Below the pieces are notes generated by a model. It did not search any database and was not told the origin of the DNA. It worked only from the letters and a program-made list of their open reading frames with translations. Shown one piece after another: positions 35,265 through 46,550 of a stretch of 49,116 nucleotides of DNA. The stretch spans positions 1-49,116 of the forward strand of contig JBKJIL010000276.1 of the NCBI GenBank assembly GCA_046598435.1, written 5' to 3'. The DNA comes from Acidimicrobiales bacterium. GTDB lineage: Bacteria; Actinomycetota; Acidimicrobiia; Acidimicrobiales; VFJN01. The translations under genes and the position numbers were made by a program. Position 1 is the first letter of the stretch. Each line of letters opens with the position of its first letter.

Positions 35265-36374
35265 TCAGCCCGCTGCGGTCCCCGCGGCGCGGGCCGACCA
35301 GTCGATCGCGTCCACCAGGCCGTCGAGGGCGAGCTGCACGAGCACCCGCGGGCCGGCCTGCGGGTTGGCGCCCGCCACGAAGATGATCTCCTGCGGCAAG
35401 GCCGCCCCGCCACCGGCCCACAGGTGGAGCGCATCGGTGGCGAGCATGGGCCGCAGCGCCCTCTGCTCCTGCGAGATCGAGATCTGCGCCGCGCCGACGG
35501 GGAGCGCGGACGGTCGGACCGAGCCCCGGACGGCGGCCAGCACCTCGGGGAGGCGAGCTTCGGCCTCGGCCAGGAAGCCGTCGAGGATCGGCTTCGGGTC
35601 GACCGGCGCCCCCCCGTGGGGGTACACGCCGATGTGCAGGTGGGGTGCCCCGCCTCGGGCGTTGCCTGAGTCGCCGACGTAGCCCACGACGTCGCCGGTG
35701 GAGACCGCCATGCCCTGGGTGAACCCGTCGACCAGCCCGGCCAGGTGGGCCAGGTAGAAGTAGGTGCCGTCGGGCATCACGACCTTGACCGTGAGGCCGC
35801 CCAGCTCGCTGCTCGCACTGTGGGCCACGCCGTCCACGGGGGCCCGGACGGGGGTGCCGTGAGCGGCGAAGACGTCCGTGCCGAGGTGGAAGCGAAAGCC
35901 CGGGCCGTAGCGCGGGAAGAGCCAGTCGTGGCTGTAGTTGGCGGGCCCGGCGATGGGAAAGCGACCGAGGCCGATCCGGTAGGCCTCGTCGCGGGACACG
36001 CCGAGGGCTTCGAGCTGGCCCAGCTGGGCCAGAAGTCGGGCGTTGCTGCTGGGCCCGCTGCGACGTACCGAGTTGATGATCCGCTGGGCCTCGGGGGGGA
36101 CGCGGATCCCGCTGGCCGGTGCGGAGGCACCGTCGCCACCGGTGTCCTTGGCGCCATCGGGGGCTCTGTCGGCCCCGGCCGAGAAGTCCGATCCGGAGGG
36201 CTGGTCGGGCGCCGCCGTGGTGGTCGTCGACTCGGGCGGAGCGCTCGTGGTGGTCGTCGACGGCTCGGTGACCGGCGGAACCTGCGCGTCGGACGAGGGC
36301 ACGGCCAGGACCGCGCAGCCGCACACGAGCGCGAGCACGGCCCAGCGTCCCTGTCGTTGCAGCCGGTTCTCCAC
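35265..36374 (-). CDS. Secreted M23-family metallopeptidase
   Basis: GTG 36374 lies 6 nt after AAGGAGG. Signal peptide (WAVLALVCGCAVLAVPSSDAQ), Thr/Pro-rich linker, M23 motifs (HLGTDVFAAHGTPVRAPVDG ... GDSGNARGGAPHLHIGV). Confidence 0.85.
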   Translation of the reverse strand: MENRLQRQGRWAVLALVCGCAVLAVPSSDAQVPPVTEPSTTTTSAPPESTTTTAAPDQPSGSDFSAGADRAPDGAKDTGGDGASAPASGIRVPPEAQRIINSVRRSGPSSNARLLAQLGQLEALGVSRDEAYRIGLGRFPIAGPANYSHDWLFPRYGPGFRFHLGTDVFAAHGTPVRAPVDGVAHSASSELGGLTVKVVMPDGTYFYLAHLAGLVDGFTQGMAVSTGDVVGYVGDSGNARGGAPHLHIGVYPHGGAPVDPKPILDGFLAEAEARLPEVLAAVRGSVRPSALPVGAAQISISQEQRALRPMLATDALHLWAGGGAALPQEIIFVAGANPQAGPRVLVQLALDGLVDAIDWSARAAGTAAG

Positions 36375-36435
36375 GGTCAACCTCCTTCGATCCGTGCCGG
36401 TGGAACTCCTGCCGGGGAGGGCAGACTGGTCGGGC

Positions 36436-36822
36436 ATGGGGACCGCACACAAGCGCAAGCCCACCGTCGTGTACGTCGAGGACGAACCGGCGGTGCAGCG
36501 ACTCGTCGAGTTCTGGCTCGACGATGCCGGGTGGAGGGTGCTGCTGGCGGCCGACGGGGTGGAGGGATTGGCGCTCATCCGAGCGGAGCGCCCCGATCTC
36601 GTGGTGACCGACGCCCTGATGCCCAACATGACCGGGGACGAGCTCATCGAGATCCTGCAATCGGACCCCGAGCTCCGCGGCATCCCGATCATCATGGCCA
36701 CGGCGGCGGCCAGCCCGCTGCGGGTGAAGCGCATGCAGGCCCTCGGGTGCCGCGCCGTCGTGGCCAAACCGCTCGAGGAGGAGTCGTTCCTGGCCGCCGT
36801 GCGGGCGGCCATCGTCGCCTGA
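36436..36822 (+). CDS. Stand-alone receiver-domain response regulator (CheY-like)
   Basis: 128 aa (VVYVEDEPAV...DLVVTDALMPNMTG...IIMATA...VAKPL). Divergent from the M23 peptidase gene. Confidence 0.85.
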   Translation: MGTAHKRKPTVVYVEDEPAVQRLVEFWLDDAGWRVLLAADGVEGLALIRAERPDLVVTDALMPNMTGDELIEILQSDPELRGIPIIMATAAASPLRVKRMQALGCRAVVAKPLEEESFLAAVRAAIVA

Positions 36823-36825
36823 TCG

Positions 36826-38796
<1,971 letters not shown>

Positions 38797-38861
38797 GTGC
38801 TCGGTCTCCTCGTAGGCACTCGACGACGACCGTCCACCCTAGGTCCGGCTACGTTCCCGCC

Positions 38862-39701
38862 ATGTCCGACACGCCACCTCTCGTCCTCGTCGAGCACCCT
38901 GGGCCCCATGTGGCGCTGGTGCGGCTCCACCGACCGGAACGACTCAACGCGCTGTCGATCGACCTCGTGTCCGAGCTCCACGATGCGCTCACCACGGTCG
39001 CCGACGAGAACGACACGCGGGTGGTGGTGCTGACCGGATCCGGGCGCGGCTTCTCGTCGGGCCTCGACCTGAAGGACTACGGGATCGTCCCCAACATCGA
39101 CGGCTTGCAGGTGGGCCGGATCGCGCAACGGGCGATGCGCCACTACTCGCGCCTGGTGCCCCTGCTGCGGCGCATGCCCCAGCCGGTGATCGCGGCGATC
39201 AACGGCCCCGCCTATGGCGGCGGCATGTGCCTCGCCCTCGGCGCCGATCTCCGGTTCGCGGCTTCGTCCGCGGTGTTCAACAGCACCGGCATCGTCAACG
39301 GGCTCACCTCCACCGAGATGGGCGCGTCATGGCTCCTCCCCCGCCTCATCGGCGTGGCCCGCTCCAACGACCTCCTCCTCACCGGGCGCGTCGTCGAGGC
39401 CGCCGAGGCTCTCCAGATGGGCCTGGTCTCTCGGGTGTTCCCCGACGACGAGCTCCTGGTGGCCTGCCTCGACGTGGCCGAGACCATGGCTCGGTTCAGC
39501 CCCTACGGCCTGTCGATGACCAAGGACGTGCTCTGGGCCAACCTCGAGGTGGCCAGCCTCGAGGCCGCGGTCGAGCTCGAGGACCGCAACCAGCTCATGC
39601 TCGGCTTCACGGAGAACCTCCCCGAGGCCATCCGTGCCTTCGACGCGGGACGTGATCCCGTGTACACCGACGAGCCGCGCCGCGGCATGTTCCTGGGGTA
39701 G
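38862..39701 (+). CDS. Enoyl-CoA hydratase/isomerase (crotonase) family protein
   Basis: LNALSIDLVSELHDAL...VVVLTGSGRGFSSGLDLKD...VIAAINGPAYGGGMCLALGADLRFA. Confidence 0.9.
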   Translation: MSDTPPLVLVEHPGPHVALVRLHRPERLNALSIDLVSELHDALTTVADENDTRVVVLTGSGRGFSSGLDLKDYGIVPNIDGLQVGRIAQRAMRHYSRLVPLLRRMPQPVIAAINGPAYGGGMCLALGADLRFAASSAVFNSTGIVNGLTSTEMGASWLLPRLIGVARSNDLLLTGRVVEAAEALQMGLVSRVFPDDELLVACLDVAETMARFSPYGLSMTKDVLWANLEVASLEAAVELEDRNQLMLGFTENLPEAIRAFDAGRDPVYTDEPRRGMFLG

Positions 39702-39705
39702 GCGC

Positions 39706-41130
39706 TCAGCGCGCCGGCGGGCCCGGCTCGACGGCCGGTGGGAGCACCACGGTGGCGTCGATGCCACCGCCTTGCCGAGCCCGCAGCTCCACAGAGCCGC
39801 CATCGGCGTCGACGAGCTTGCGCACGATGGCCAGGCCCAGCCCGCTGCCGCCGAGCCGACGGCCACCAGTCGGGCCGCTCCAGAACCGGTCGAAGGCTCG
39901 TTCGCGCTCCTCCTGAGGCAGGCCGGGGCCCCGGTCGGCGACGTGGAGCTCCGACCCGTGTGGTCCGACGACGGCGCTGAGCGTGACGGTCGAGCCGGCG
40001 GGGGCGATCTCGATGGCGTTGGCAAGCAGGTTGTCCACGACCTGCGCGAGGCGATCGGGGGTGGCCCGAGCGGGGACGATGCTGGCCTCGACGATCAGAT
40101 CGATGCCTTCGTCGTCGGCCACCGGCCGCCATGCCTCCGCCCGCTCGCTGAGCACCGCGCCGAGATCGACGTCGTCTGCGGTGGCCGACGCTCCCTGGCG
40201 CTCGGCGCGAGCCAGCGCCAGCAGTCCGTCGACCAGGCGCGAGAGGCGCGCCACCTCCCGGAGCGCCCCGGCCACCCCCGGGAGCTCGTCGGCGGCGTCG
40301 GGGATGTCGGCCAGCGAGCCCTCCAGCAGCTCCAGGCGCAGGCGCAGCGACGTGAGCGGGGTGCGCAGCTGGTGGGAGGCGTCGGCCACGAAGGCTTCCT
40401 GGGCTCCGACGAGCGCCTCCAACCGGGCCGCCGTCTCGTTGACCGAAGCGGCCAGTCGGCGGACCTCGGGGGGGCCCTCGGTCGTGGTGATCCTGGTGTC
40501 GAGGGCTCCGTGGCCCAGCAGGGTCGTCGCCTCATCCAGCTTCTGCAGCGGGCCGACCACCCAGCGAGCCAGCGCGAAGCCCGCCACCGTGGCCGCCACG
40601 AGGGTCAACGCCCCGACGACGGCCAGGGTGAACCAGTTGCGGGCCACCCGCTCGTCGACCGCCGAGGTCGGGAAGGTGACCCGCACCACGCCGTGCACCA
40701 CCCCGCTCGAGGCCACCGGCACGGCGACGTACAAGAGGTTGGCCTCGAGGGTGTCGGAGTGCCGGGTGCCCGACGACACGCGGCCAGCGAGCGCGGCCGT
40801 GATCTCCGGGCGGCTGGCGAAGTCGCGCAAGGACCCGTCGGCCAGTGGCGCGGAGTCGAAGACGGCCTGCCCGGTGGCATCGACGACGACCACGCGACCA
40901 CCGGTGCGCTCGGTGTACTGCGTCGACAGGCGCTGGAGCCGATCGCTGGCTCCGGCATCGGCCTCGAGCCCGTCCTCGGCGAAGGAGGCCAGGGCCACGG
41001 CATCGCCCTGCACCCGAGCCCGGAGGTCATCGAGCTGATGATCTCGGTACGTGATCCCGAGCGGCACCTCCAGCAGCAGCAGCACCACCGCGATCAGGCT
41101 CACATAGGACAGCAGCAGGCGGCGCGCCAC
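39706..41130 (-). CDS. Two-component sensor histidine kinase (two TM segments, HAMP, HisKA, HATPase_c)
   Basis: H-box FVADASHQLRTPLTSLRL. N and G boxes (VVDNLLANAIE, DRGPGL, GSGLGLAIV). Confidence 0.9.
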   Translation of the reverse strand: MARRLLLSYVSLIAVVLLLLEVPLGITYRDHQLDDLRARVQGDAVALASFAEDGLEADAGASDRLQRLSTQYTERTGGRVVVVDATGQAVFDSAPLADGSLRDFASRPEITAALAGRVSSGTRHSDTLEANLLYVAVPVASSGVVHGVVRVTFPTSAVDERVARNWFTLAVVGALTLVAATVAGFALARWVVGPLQKLDEATTLLGHGALDTRITTTEGPPEVRRLAASVNETAARLEALVGAQEAFVADASHQLRTPLTSLRLRLELLEGSLADIPDAADELPGVAGALREVARLSRLVDGLLALARAERQGASATADDVDLGAVLSERAEAWRPVADDEGIDLIVEASIVPARATPDRLAQVVDNLLANAIEIAPAGSTVTLSAVVGPHGSELHVADRGPGLPQEERERAFDRFWSGPTGGRRLGGSGLGLAIVRKLVDADGGSVELRARQGGGIDATVVLPPAVEPGPPAR

Positions 41131-41136
41131 GATCCC

Positions 41137-41790
41137 TCAGCTCCGCAGGCGAAACCCGACGCCGCGCACGGTCTCGATCAGGGCCGGATCGCCCAGCTTC
41201 TTGCGGAGGGCGGCCACGTGGACGTCGAGGGTCTTCGTCGGGCCGTACCAGTGCGCGTCCCACACCGTCTCCAGGATCTCCTGACGGGTGCGCAGCGCAC
41301 CCGGGTCGGAGACGAGCAGGGCCAGGAGATCGAACTCCTTGCGCGTGAGCTCGACCTCGACGCCCGACACCAGCACGCGGCGGGCGCGCAGGTCGACCTC
41401 GAGGGCCCCGACCTGCACGCGGGACGCCATCGGCGCGGCGGCCCCGGTGCGACGGGTGACGGCCCTGATGCGCGCCATCAGCTCGCGGAACCCGAAGGGC
41501 TTCACAACGTAGTCGTCAGCACCCAGCTCGAGACCGAGCACCCGGTCGAGCTCCTCACCCCGGGCCGTGATGACGATCACCGGTACCGAGGAGCGGGCGC
41601 GGAGCTGGCGACACACCTCGAGGCCATCGAGATCGGGCAGGCCGAGGTCGAGCAGCACGAGCTCGACTGGTTCGGCGGCCAGTGCCGCCGCCCCGGTGGA
41701 CACGCGCACGACCTCCAAGCCCTCGCGGCCCAGACCCTCGGCCAACGGCTCGGCGATGGCGTCATCATCTTCGACGAGCAGCACCCGCAT
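41137..41790 (-). CDS. OmpR/PhoB-family response regulator
   Basis: MRVLLVEDDDAI...LVLLDLGLPDLDG...VIVITARG plus a winged-helix C-terminus (LTRKEFDLLALL...IETVRGVGFRL). Confidence 0.93.
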   Translation of the reverse strand: MRVLLVEDDDAIAEPLAEGLGREGLEVVRVSTGAAALAAEPVELVLLDLGLPDLDGLEVCRQLRARSSVPVIVITARGEELDRVLGLELGADDYVVKPFGFRELMARIRAVTRRTGAAAPMASRVQVGALEVDLRARRVLVSGVEVELTRKEFDLLALLVSDPGALRTRQEILETVWDAHWYGPTKTLDVHVAALRKKLGDPALIETVRGVGFRLRS

Positions 41791-41791
41791 C

Positions 41792-41871
41792 TGGCCACGC
41801 TAGGTGGCCACAGGTCGGTCATGGCTCCAGTTGGCCAAGGCTTAACCATCCACTGGACGGTGCCTGGCCAC
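41792..41871. promoter_or_regulatory. TGGCCA(C)-motif cluster in the divergent intergenic region (candidate operator)
   Basis: TGGCCAC(41792)-GCTAG-GTGGCCA(41810) forms a perfect 7-bp inverted repeat. TTGGCCAA is at 41831-41838 and TGGCCAC at 41865-41871. All lie within the roughly 100-nt gap between the RR start and the 41893 gene. Confidence 0.3.
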
Positions 41872-41892
41872 TGCATTCGTAGGGTCAGCGTC

Positions 41893-42252
41893 ATGGAACG
41901 ACGTACCGCTCTCGCCCTCGCCGCCGCTGTCGCTGGCACCGTGCTCGCGGCCGGCGCCGCCTTTGCCGTCAACGTCGGGATCCTCAAGCCACAGGATTCC
42001 GCGCCCATCAGCGTGCTCGACGCCCGCACCCTCGAACCGGCGGCCGTCGACCCGACGGTGGTCACGGTCATCGTGGAGGATCCCCCGGGCTCTGCGCCCC
42101 GCGTCGCGCCGGGCGCAGGCGCCGAGGTGTCGCCGCTCGACCCCGCGGTGAGCGCATCGGCCGGCTCCGCCTCCTCCGACAACTTCTCCTCCTCCGACGA
42201 GGGGGCCGAGCCGGCCGATGACCGTGGGAAGGACGCCGACGATGACGACTGA
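41893..42252 (+). CDS. Small signal-anchored or secreted hypothetical protein with an acidic tail
   Basis: MERRTALALAAAVAGTVLAAGAAFA signal or anchor, ending in ...EGAEPADDRGKDADDDD. It is the 3' end of a long spurious ORF-track frame. High GC3. Confidence 0.5.
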   Translation: MERRTALALAAAVAGTVLAAGAAFAVNVGILKPQDSAPISVLDARTLEPAAVDPTVVTVIVEDPPGSAPRVAPGAGAEVSPLDPAVSASAGSASSDNFSSSDEGAEPADDRGKDADDDD

Positions 42253-42595
42253 CCCAGCCCGCACGAGGAAGACGCCCGCTGCGTCCCGACCGAAGCGCCG
42301 TCGGCAGGCGCCGGCCGGCCGGGCCCTGGCCACCGGCGCCGCCCTCACCGCCACCGGGATCCTCGTGGCTGTCATGGGCGCCGCCGGCCCCTCGACCGCG
42401 GTGCAGCTCGCCACCCAAGCCCCGGCGGCCGCGTCGGCAGCACCCATCGGGCCGACCCCGACCACCATCGTCGTCGTGATCCATCGCCCCGCGGCCAGCG
42501 CCCCGGTCGCGGCGGCGTCCACCTCCGGTCGGGTGGTGGCCGCGCCCCGCCCCGCACGCCTCCCAGCACCGGTTGCCACATCGACGGCGAGCTGA
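42242..42595 (+). CDS. Small hypothetical single-pass membrane protein
   Basis: Basic N-terminus (RTRKTPAASRPKRRRQ), a TM segment (ALATGAALTATGILVAVMGAAG), and an Ala/Pro-rich tail. ATG 42218 is an alternative start. Confidence 0.4.
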   Translation: MTTDPARTRKTPAASRPKRRRQAPAGRALATGAALTATGILVAVMGAAGPSTAVQLATQAPAAASAAPIGPTPTTIVVVIHRPAASAPVAAASTSGRVVAAPRPARLPAPVATSTAS

Positions 42596-42596
42596 C

Positions 42597-43541
42597 GTGA
42601 CGACGGCCACCACCTCGAGCGACGCTCACCTGCTGACGTGGTCGGCCATGGGCACCACCTGCCGGGCGTGGCTCGTCGGCCAGGGCGCCGCCGAAGCGAC
42701 CGCCTCCGCCCGAGCCCTGGTGGCCCACCTCGAAGACCGCTGGAGCCGGTTCCTCCCGACGAGTGACATCGGCAGGCTCAACGCGGCCGGCGGACACCCC
42801 GTCCTGGTGGCCCCCGAGACGATCGATGTCCTGCGAGAGGCCATCAGCTGGTGGCAGGTCACCGGTGGCTGGTTCGACCCGACGGTGGCCGACGCCCTCG
42901 TGGCCGCCGGCTACGACCGGGACCGAGCGGCGGGTCATGGCCCCATCCGAGCGGGGGTGCCGGCGCCAGGGTGCGACGGCATCGTCCTCGATCGGCGGGC
43001 CGGCACCGTGCAGCTCCCCCGAGGAGTCCACGTCGACCTGGGCGGGATCGGGAAGGGTCGGGCCACCGACGTCATCGTCGCTCAGCTCGACCACCTCCCC
43101 GGCGGCCTGATCGACCTGGGCGGCGACCTTCGGGTGTGGGGCACCCCACCTGCAGATCAGACGGGCTGGCCCATCGCGATCGCCGATCTCCGTGACGACT
43201 CGACCGTCGCACTGCTCGGGCTGGCCGAGGGCGCCGTGGCGACATCGAGCTCCCTGCGACGATGCTGGGCCGAGGGTGACCGCGCGGCCCACCACCTCAT
43301 CGATCCGCATCGCGGAGCGCCCACGCGTGGCGAGCTGGTGGCCGCGACCGTCGTCGCCGGATCGGCCACCACGGCCGAGGTGCTGGCCAAGGCAGCCGTC
43401 GTCTCGGGCACCGTCGAGGCGGCCCGCCGACTGCTCGACGGGCACGACGTCGACGGGCTGCTCATCCCGGTCTCGGGCCCGGCGGTCGCGGTCGGGGGCT
43501 TCGATGAGCTGTGCTGGGCATCAACCGGAGCGGAGATCTGA
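42597..43541 (+). CDS. apbE: FAD:protein FMN transferase (ApbE family)
   Basis: WSAMGTTCRAWL, RFLPTSDIGRLN, GGWFDPTVADAL, DLGGIGKGRATD. The start is GTG 42597 or TTG 42573. Confidence 0.85.
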   Translation: MTTATTSSDAHLLTWSAMGTTCRAWLVGQGAAEATASARALVAHLEDRWSRFLPTSDIGRLNAAGGHPVLVAPETIDVLREAISWWQVTGGWFDPTVADALVAAGYDRDRAAGHGPIRAGVPAPGCDGIVLDRRAGTVQLPRGVHVDLGGIGKGRATDVIVAQLDHLPGGLIDLGGDLRVWGTPPADQTGWPIAIADLRDDSTVALLGLAEGAVATSSSLRRCWAEGDRAAHHLIDPHRGAPTRGELVAATVVAGSATTAEVLAKAAVVSGTVEAARRLLDGHDVDGLLIPVSGPAVAVGGFDELCWASTGAEI

Positions 43542-44131
43542 TGGACCCGAAGCTGTGGTGGTACCTGTCGCGAGCAACGGGACTGGTGGCCTGGGGGTTG
43601 GCCGTGACGGCCATCCTCCTCGGGCTGGCCCTGGCCACCCGGGCGCTGGGTCCCCGCCCGAAGGCGCCCTGGTTGCTGTCGCTGCACCGCTGGGTGGGGG
43701 GCCTGACGGTGCTGTTCACCGCGGGCCACATCGCCGCCATCGTGGCGGACTCGTTCGTGCACTTCGGCGTGGCCGACGTGGTCGTGCCGTTCGCCTCAGA
43801 CTGGAAGCCCCTGCCGGTGGCGTGGGGGATCCTCGCGGCGTGGCTGCTGCTGGCCATCGAGGTCACCTCGCTGCAGATGCGACGGCTGCCGAAGCGGGCC
43901 TGGCACGCCATCCACCTCACGAGCTACCTCGTGGCGGTGCTGGCCACCGTGCACGGCCTCACCGCCGGCACCGACACCACCAACCCCATCTTCGCCTGGT
44001 CGATGCTCACCGCCATGGCGGCCACGGCGTTCTTCGCCGTCTACCGGCGCCTCGCGCCGAAGAAGACGCCGCGAGCGACCCGGATCCCCGACCGCGCTCC
44101 GCGGGCCGAACCGCTCGCCAGCCTGCGCTGA
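43541..44131 (+). CDS. Ferric-reductase-like transmembrane (di-haem b type) domain protein
   Basis: WWYLSRATGLVAWGL..., SLHRWVGGLTVLFTAGHIAAI..., WHAIHLTSYLVAVLATVHGL. These are paired His residues in TM helices. The ATG shares its A with the apbE stop. Confidence 0.8.
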   Translation: MDPKLWWYLSRATGLVAWGLAVTAILLGLALATRALGPRPKAPWLLSLHRWVGGLTVLFTAGHIAAIVADSFVHFGVADVVVPFASDWKPLPVAWGILAAWLLLAIEVTSLQMRRLPKRAWHAIHLTSYLVAVLATVHGLTAGTDTTNPIFAWSMLTAMAATAFFAVYRRLAPKKTPRATRIPDRAPRAEPLASLR

Positions 44132-45268
44132 TCAGGGCTGGCCGGCGGGCCACTCGAGCACGCGGAAGGCACCCAGGCCGGCCGGGTCGAGGAGCGCCTC
44201 GGCCTCGGTGACCCGGCTGCGAGCCCGGACGGCGGCCAGGTCGCCGATGGCCGCCCGCTCCAGCCAGGTGCGCCGGCCCTCCTCCACCAGCTCCTCGATC
44301 CCGTGCGCTCGCAGCCAGTCGGCTTGTGAGCGGTCCGAGGTCGGTGTCGTACCCAGCTGGTCCACGGCCACCTCGCAGGTGACATCCTGGGTGCCGAGCT
44401 CGGCCAAGGGCGGCCCGCCCCGCTCGTGATGGCGATAGGTGCGTACCCAGTCGAGCCACGGGACAGCGGCCAGCTGGGCTGTCGGACGGCCGTAGTCGAA
44501 GGCCACCACGCGTCCGTCGGGCCCGGCCAGGGCCCGAGCATCAGCCACCCATGCGGCCCCAGCCCGCGGCAACGGGACGCGGGCACCGGGTGGCAGGCCC
44601 GGCGTCAGGTCGTCGAGATGGCGGCCTTCGGCCGGATCGAGCGGGCTCAGCACCTCCACGAGCCGGTCGCCGTCTGCCCCCACGAACACCTCCGCCCATC
44701 CCACCGCCGTCCGCTCGGCCAGACCGAACGGGAGGTTGTCGAGGAGCTCGTTGGCCACGACGACGCACGGTCCCGGCAGACGAGGCAGCGCGGCGAGGCT
44801 CACGACGATCGGCCCGCCGGGCACCGCACCGCCGATGCCATCGTCTTCGGGCTGCGGGAGCGACGCGAAGGCCATGGCCGGATCGTCGAGCGGCAGCCGC
44901 TCCCGCTGGGTGGCCCGCTGGGCGGCAGATGACTCGACGAGCACGTAGCGCAGCGAGGCGGCGCAAGCGGGCCCGGCTTGCAGGACAGCGCGAGCCAACG
45001 TGCCGGGGCCGGCGCCGACCTCGACGACGACGAACACGGCCGGCGAACCGGAGGCCCGCCACCACCGGTCGAGCGCGCCCGCCACCACGGCCCCGAACAG
45101 AGGTCCGACCTCGGGGCTGGTGATGAAGTCGCCTCGCCGGCCGGCACGGCCACCCGAGGCGTAGAACCCGCCCGGCTCGGCGTAGAGGGCGGCCTCCACC
45201 ACCTCGGCGAACGGGATCGGGCCGCGGCGGCCGATGCGCATCCGGATCTCGAGATCCACCGGCGTCAC
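44132..45268 (-). CDS. Class I SAM-dependent methyltransferase, MidA/NDUFAF7 (COG1565)-like
   Basis: GPIPFAEVVEAALYAEPGGFYASGGRAGRRGDFITSPEVGPLFG and VVVEVGAGPGTLA. GTG start in a GTGA overlap with the upstream kinase stop. Confidence 0.85.
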   Translation of the reverse strand: MTPVDLEIRMRIGRRGPIPFAEVVEAALYAEPGGFYASGGRAGRRGDFITSPEVGPLFGAVVAGALDRWWRASGSPAVFVVVEVGAGPGTLARAVLQAGPACAASLRYVLVESSAAQRATQRERLPLDDPAMAFASLPQPEDDGIGGAVPGGPIVVSLAALPRLPGPCVVVANELLDNLPFGLAERTAVGWAEVFVGADGDRLVEVLSPLDPAEGRHLDDLTPGLPPGARVPLPRAGAAWVADARALAGPDGRVVAFDYGRPTAQLAAVPWLDWVRTYRHHERGGPPLAELGTQDVTCEVAVDQLGTTPTSDRSQADWLRAHGIEELVEEGRRTWLERAAIGDLAAVRARSRVTEAEALLDPAGLGAFRVLEWPAGQP

Positions 45269-46548
45269 GACACGTCCTCGGCGACCGGCAGGTCGAGCAC
45301 CACGCGAGCACCCCCCAGCGGCGAGCGCTCCACCCGCAGGGTGCCGCCCGCCGTGAGCGCTGAGCTCCGGGCGATGTCGAGCCCCAGCCCCGTCGACCCG
45401 CCTCCACTCTGCCCACGCCCCAGAGCGGCGGCGTCGGCGATGCCGGACCCGGCGTCCTCCACAGCCAGCTCCACCCGCCCGTCGAGGCGACGCACGGACA
45501 CCTCGTAGCGGCTGGTGTCGGGCGTGTGCGCGAAGACGTTGCCCAACAAGACGTCGACGGCGGCCGCCGCATCCGTGGCCGACAGCCGCACCGGGTGCGG
45601 ACCGGCCGGCGTCACCGTGCAGGCCCAGTCGCGCCCGTCGTCGTCGGCGAGAGCCCCCCAGAACGTGGCGCGGTCCTCGACCACCGCAGCCATGTCGCAG
45701 CGTCGCGCCACCGCCTCGTGGAGGGGTCGGCGCGCCGAGCGGATCAGCTCGCTGATCTCAGCCTCGAGGCGATCGACGTCGGCCACCAGGGCCGCCGCCC
45801 CATGGCCCTCGGCTCCCAGTCGGAGCGCGGTCAGCGGGGTGCGCAGCCGATGGGACAGGTCTGCGACGCGCTCGCGCTCGGCGGCAAGGAGCTCATCGAT
45901 GCGATCGGCCAGCGCGTTCAGCGCTCTGCCGACGTCGGCGATCTCGGGGGGACCGCCCACCTGGGCCCGGGCCCGCACGTCGCCCCCTGCCAACGCCCGG
46001 CTCGTGGTGGCCAGGTCCGCCGCCGGCCGGGTGACGCTGCGAGCGAGGCGATCCGTCACCACCACCGCCACCACGAGCAAGGTGGCCGCCAGCACGGCGA
46101 GGATCACCCAAGCCGGGCTCACGCCATCGCGGAGCAGCGAGGCCGGCACGCGCACGCGGAGCACAGCAACCTCATCGGCGCCGATCACCACCGGCGCGTA
46201 GACGTCCACTCCGCGGCCGTGGGCTCGGGAGAACGCGACCCGTCGGTCGCGGGCCAGGGCTACCGCTTCGGCATCGGCCAGCGTGCGATCGCCGACGAGG
46301 GACCCGTCGGGCAGCCACAGGCTCAGGCGGTCCTCGGCGCCTGAGACCGTGCGGTCCACAGCGGCCTCCAGCAGCGCCGGGTCAGGGGCCACGGCCAGGA
46401 CAGGGGCGAGGGCGGCGATGTCTCGTTCGGCGTCGGTGATGGCCCGATCGCGCGCCACCTCGCGCACGAGCAGGCCCAGCGGAAGCGCGAAGGCGGCCAC
46501 CAGGAGGCTGGTGACGGCCAAGGTGACGAGGAACAGGCGTCGGCGCAC
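45265..46548 (-). CDS. Two-component sensor histidine kinase
   Basis: GTG 46548 lies 2 nt after the RR stop. Two TM segments, HAMP, H-box VADLSHRLRTPLTALRL, and G-box GSTGLGLDIA. Confidence 0.88.
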   Translation of the reverse strand: MRRRLFLVTLAVTSLLVAAFALPLGLLVREVARDRAITDAERDIAALAPVLAVAPDPALLEAAVDRTVSGAEDRLSLWLPDGSLVGDRTLADAEAVALARDRRVAFSRAHGRGVDVYAPVVIGADEVAVLRVRVPASLLRDGVSPAWVILAVLAATLLVVAVVVTDRLARSVTRPAADLATTSRALAGGDVRARAQVGGPPEIADVGRALNALADRIDELLAAERERVADLSHRLRTPLTALRLGAEGHGAAALVADVDRLEAEISELIRSARRPLHEAVARRCDMAAVVEDRATFWGALADDDGRDWACTVTPAGPHPVRLSATDAAAAVDVLLGNVFAHTPDTSRYEVSVRRLDGRVELAVEDAGSGIADAAALGRGQSGGGSTGLGLDIARSSALTAGGTLRVERSPLGGARVVLDLPVAEDVS

Positions 46549-46550
46549 GT

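Noticed and set aside
34571-35300. tRNA-Tyr as an integration site for a genomic island or prophage
   Set aside because: There is no integrase, no direct repeat of the tRNA 3' end, and no compositional shift that I can see. The flanking genes (cheA, yajQ, M23 peptidase, acs) are ordinary chromosomal genes.
34645-36660. 671-aa minus-strand ORF, and the upstream 202 codons of ORF 35265..36980
   Set aside because: They overlap yajQ and the REC gene on the other strand. The M23 peptidase has a strong AAGGAGG-N6-GTG start at 36374 followed by a signal peptide, so the longer models are artefacts.
39634-41892. First roughly 750 codons of the 872-aa plus-strand ORF
   Set aside because: It is antisense to the well-supported HK and RR genes. 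Only the last 119 codons, from ATG 41893 with a signal-anchor sequence, look like a real gene.
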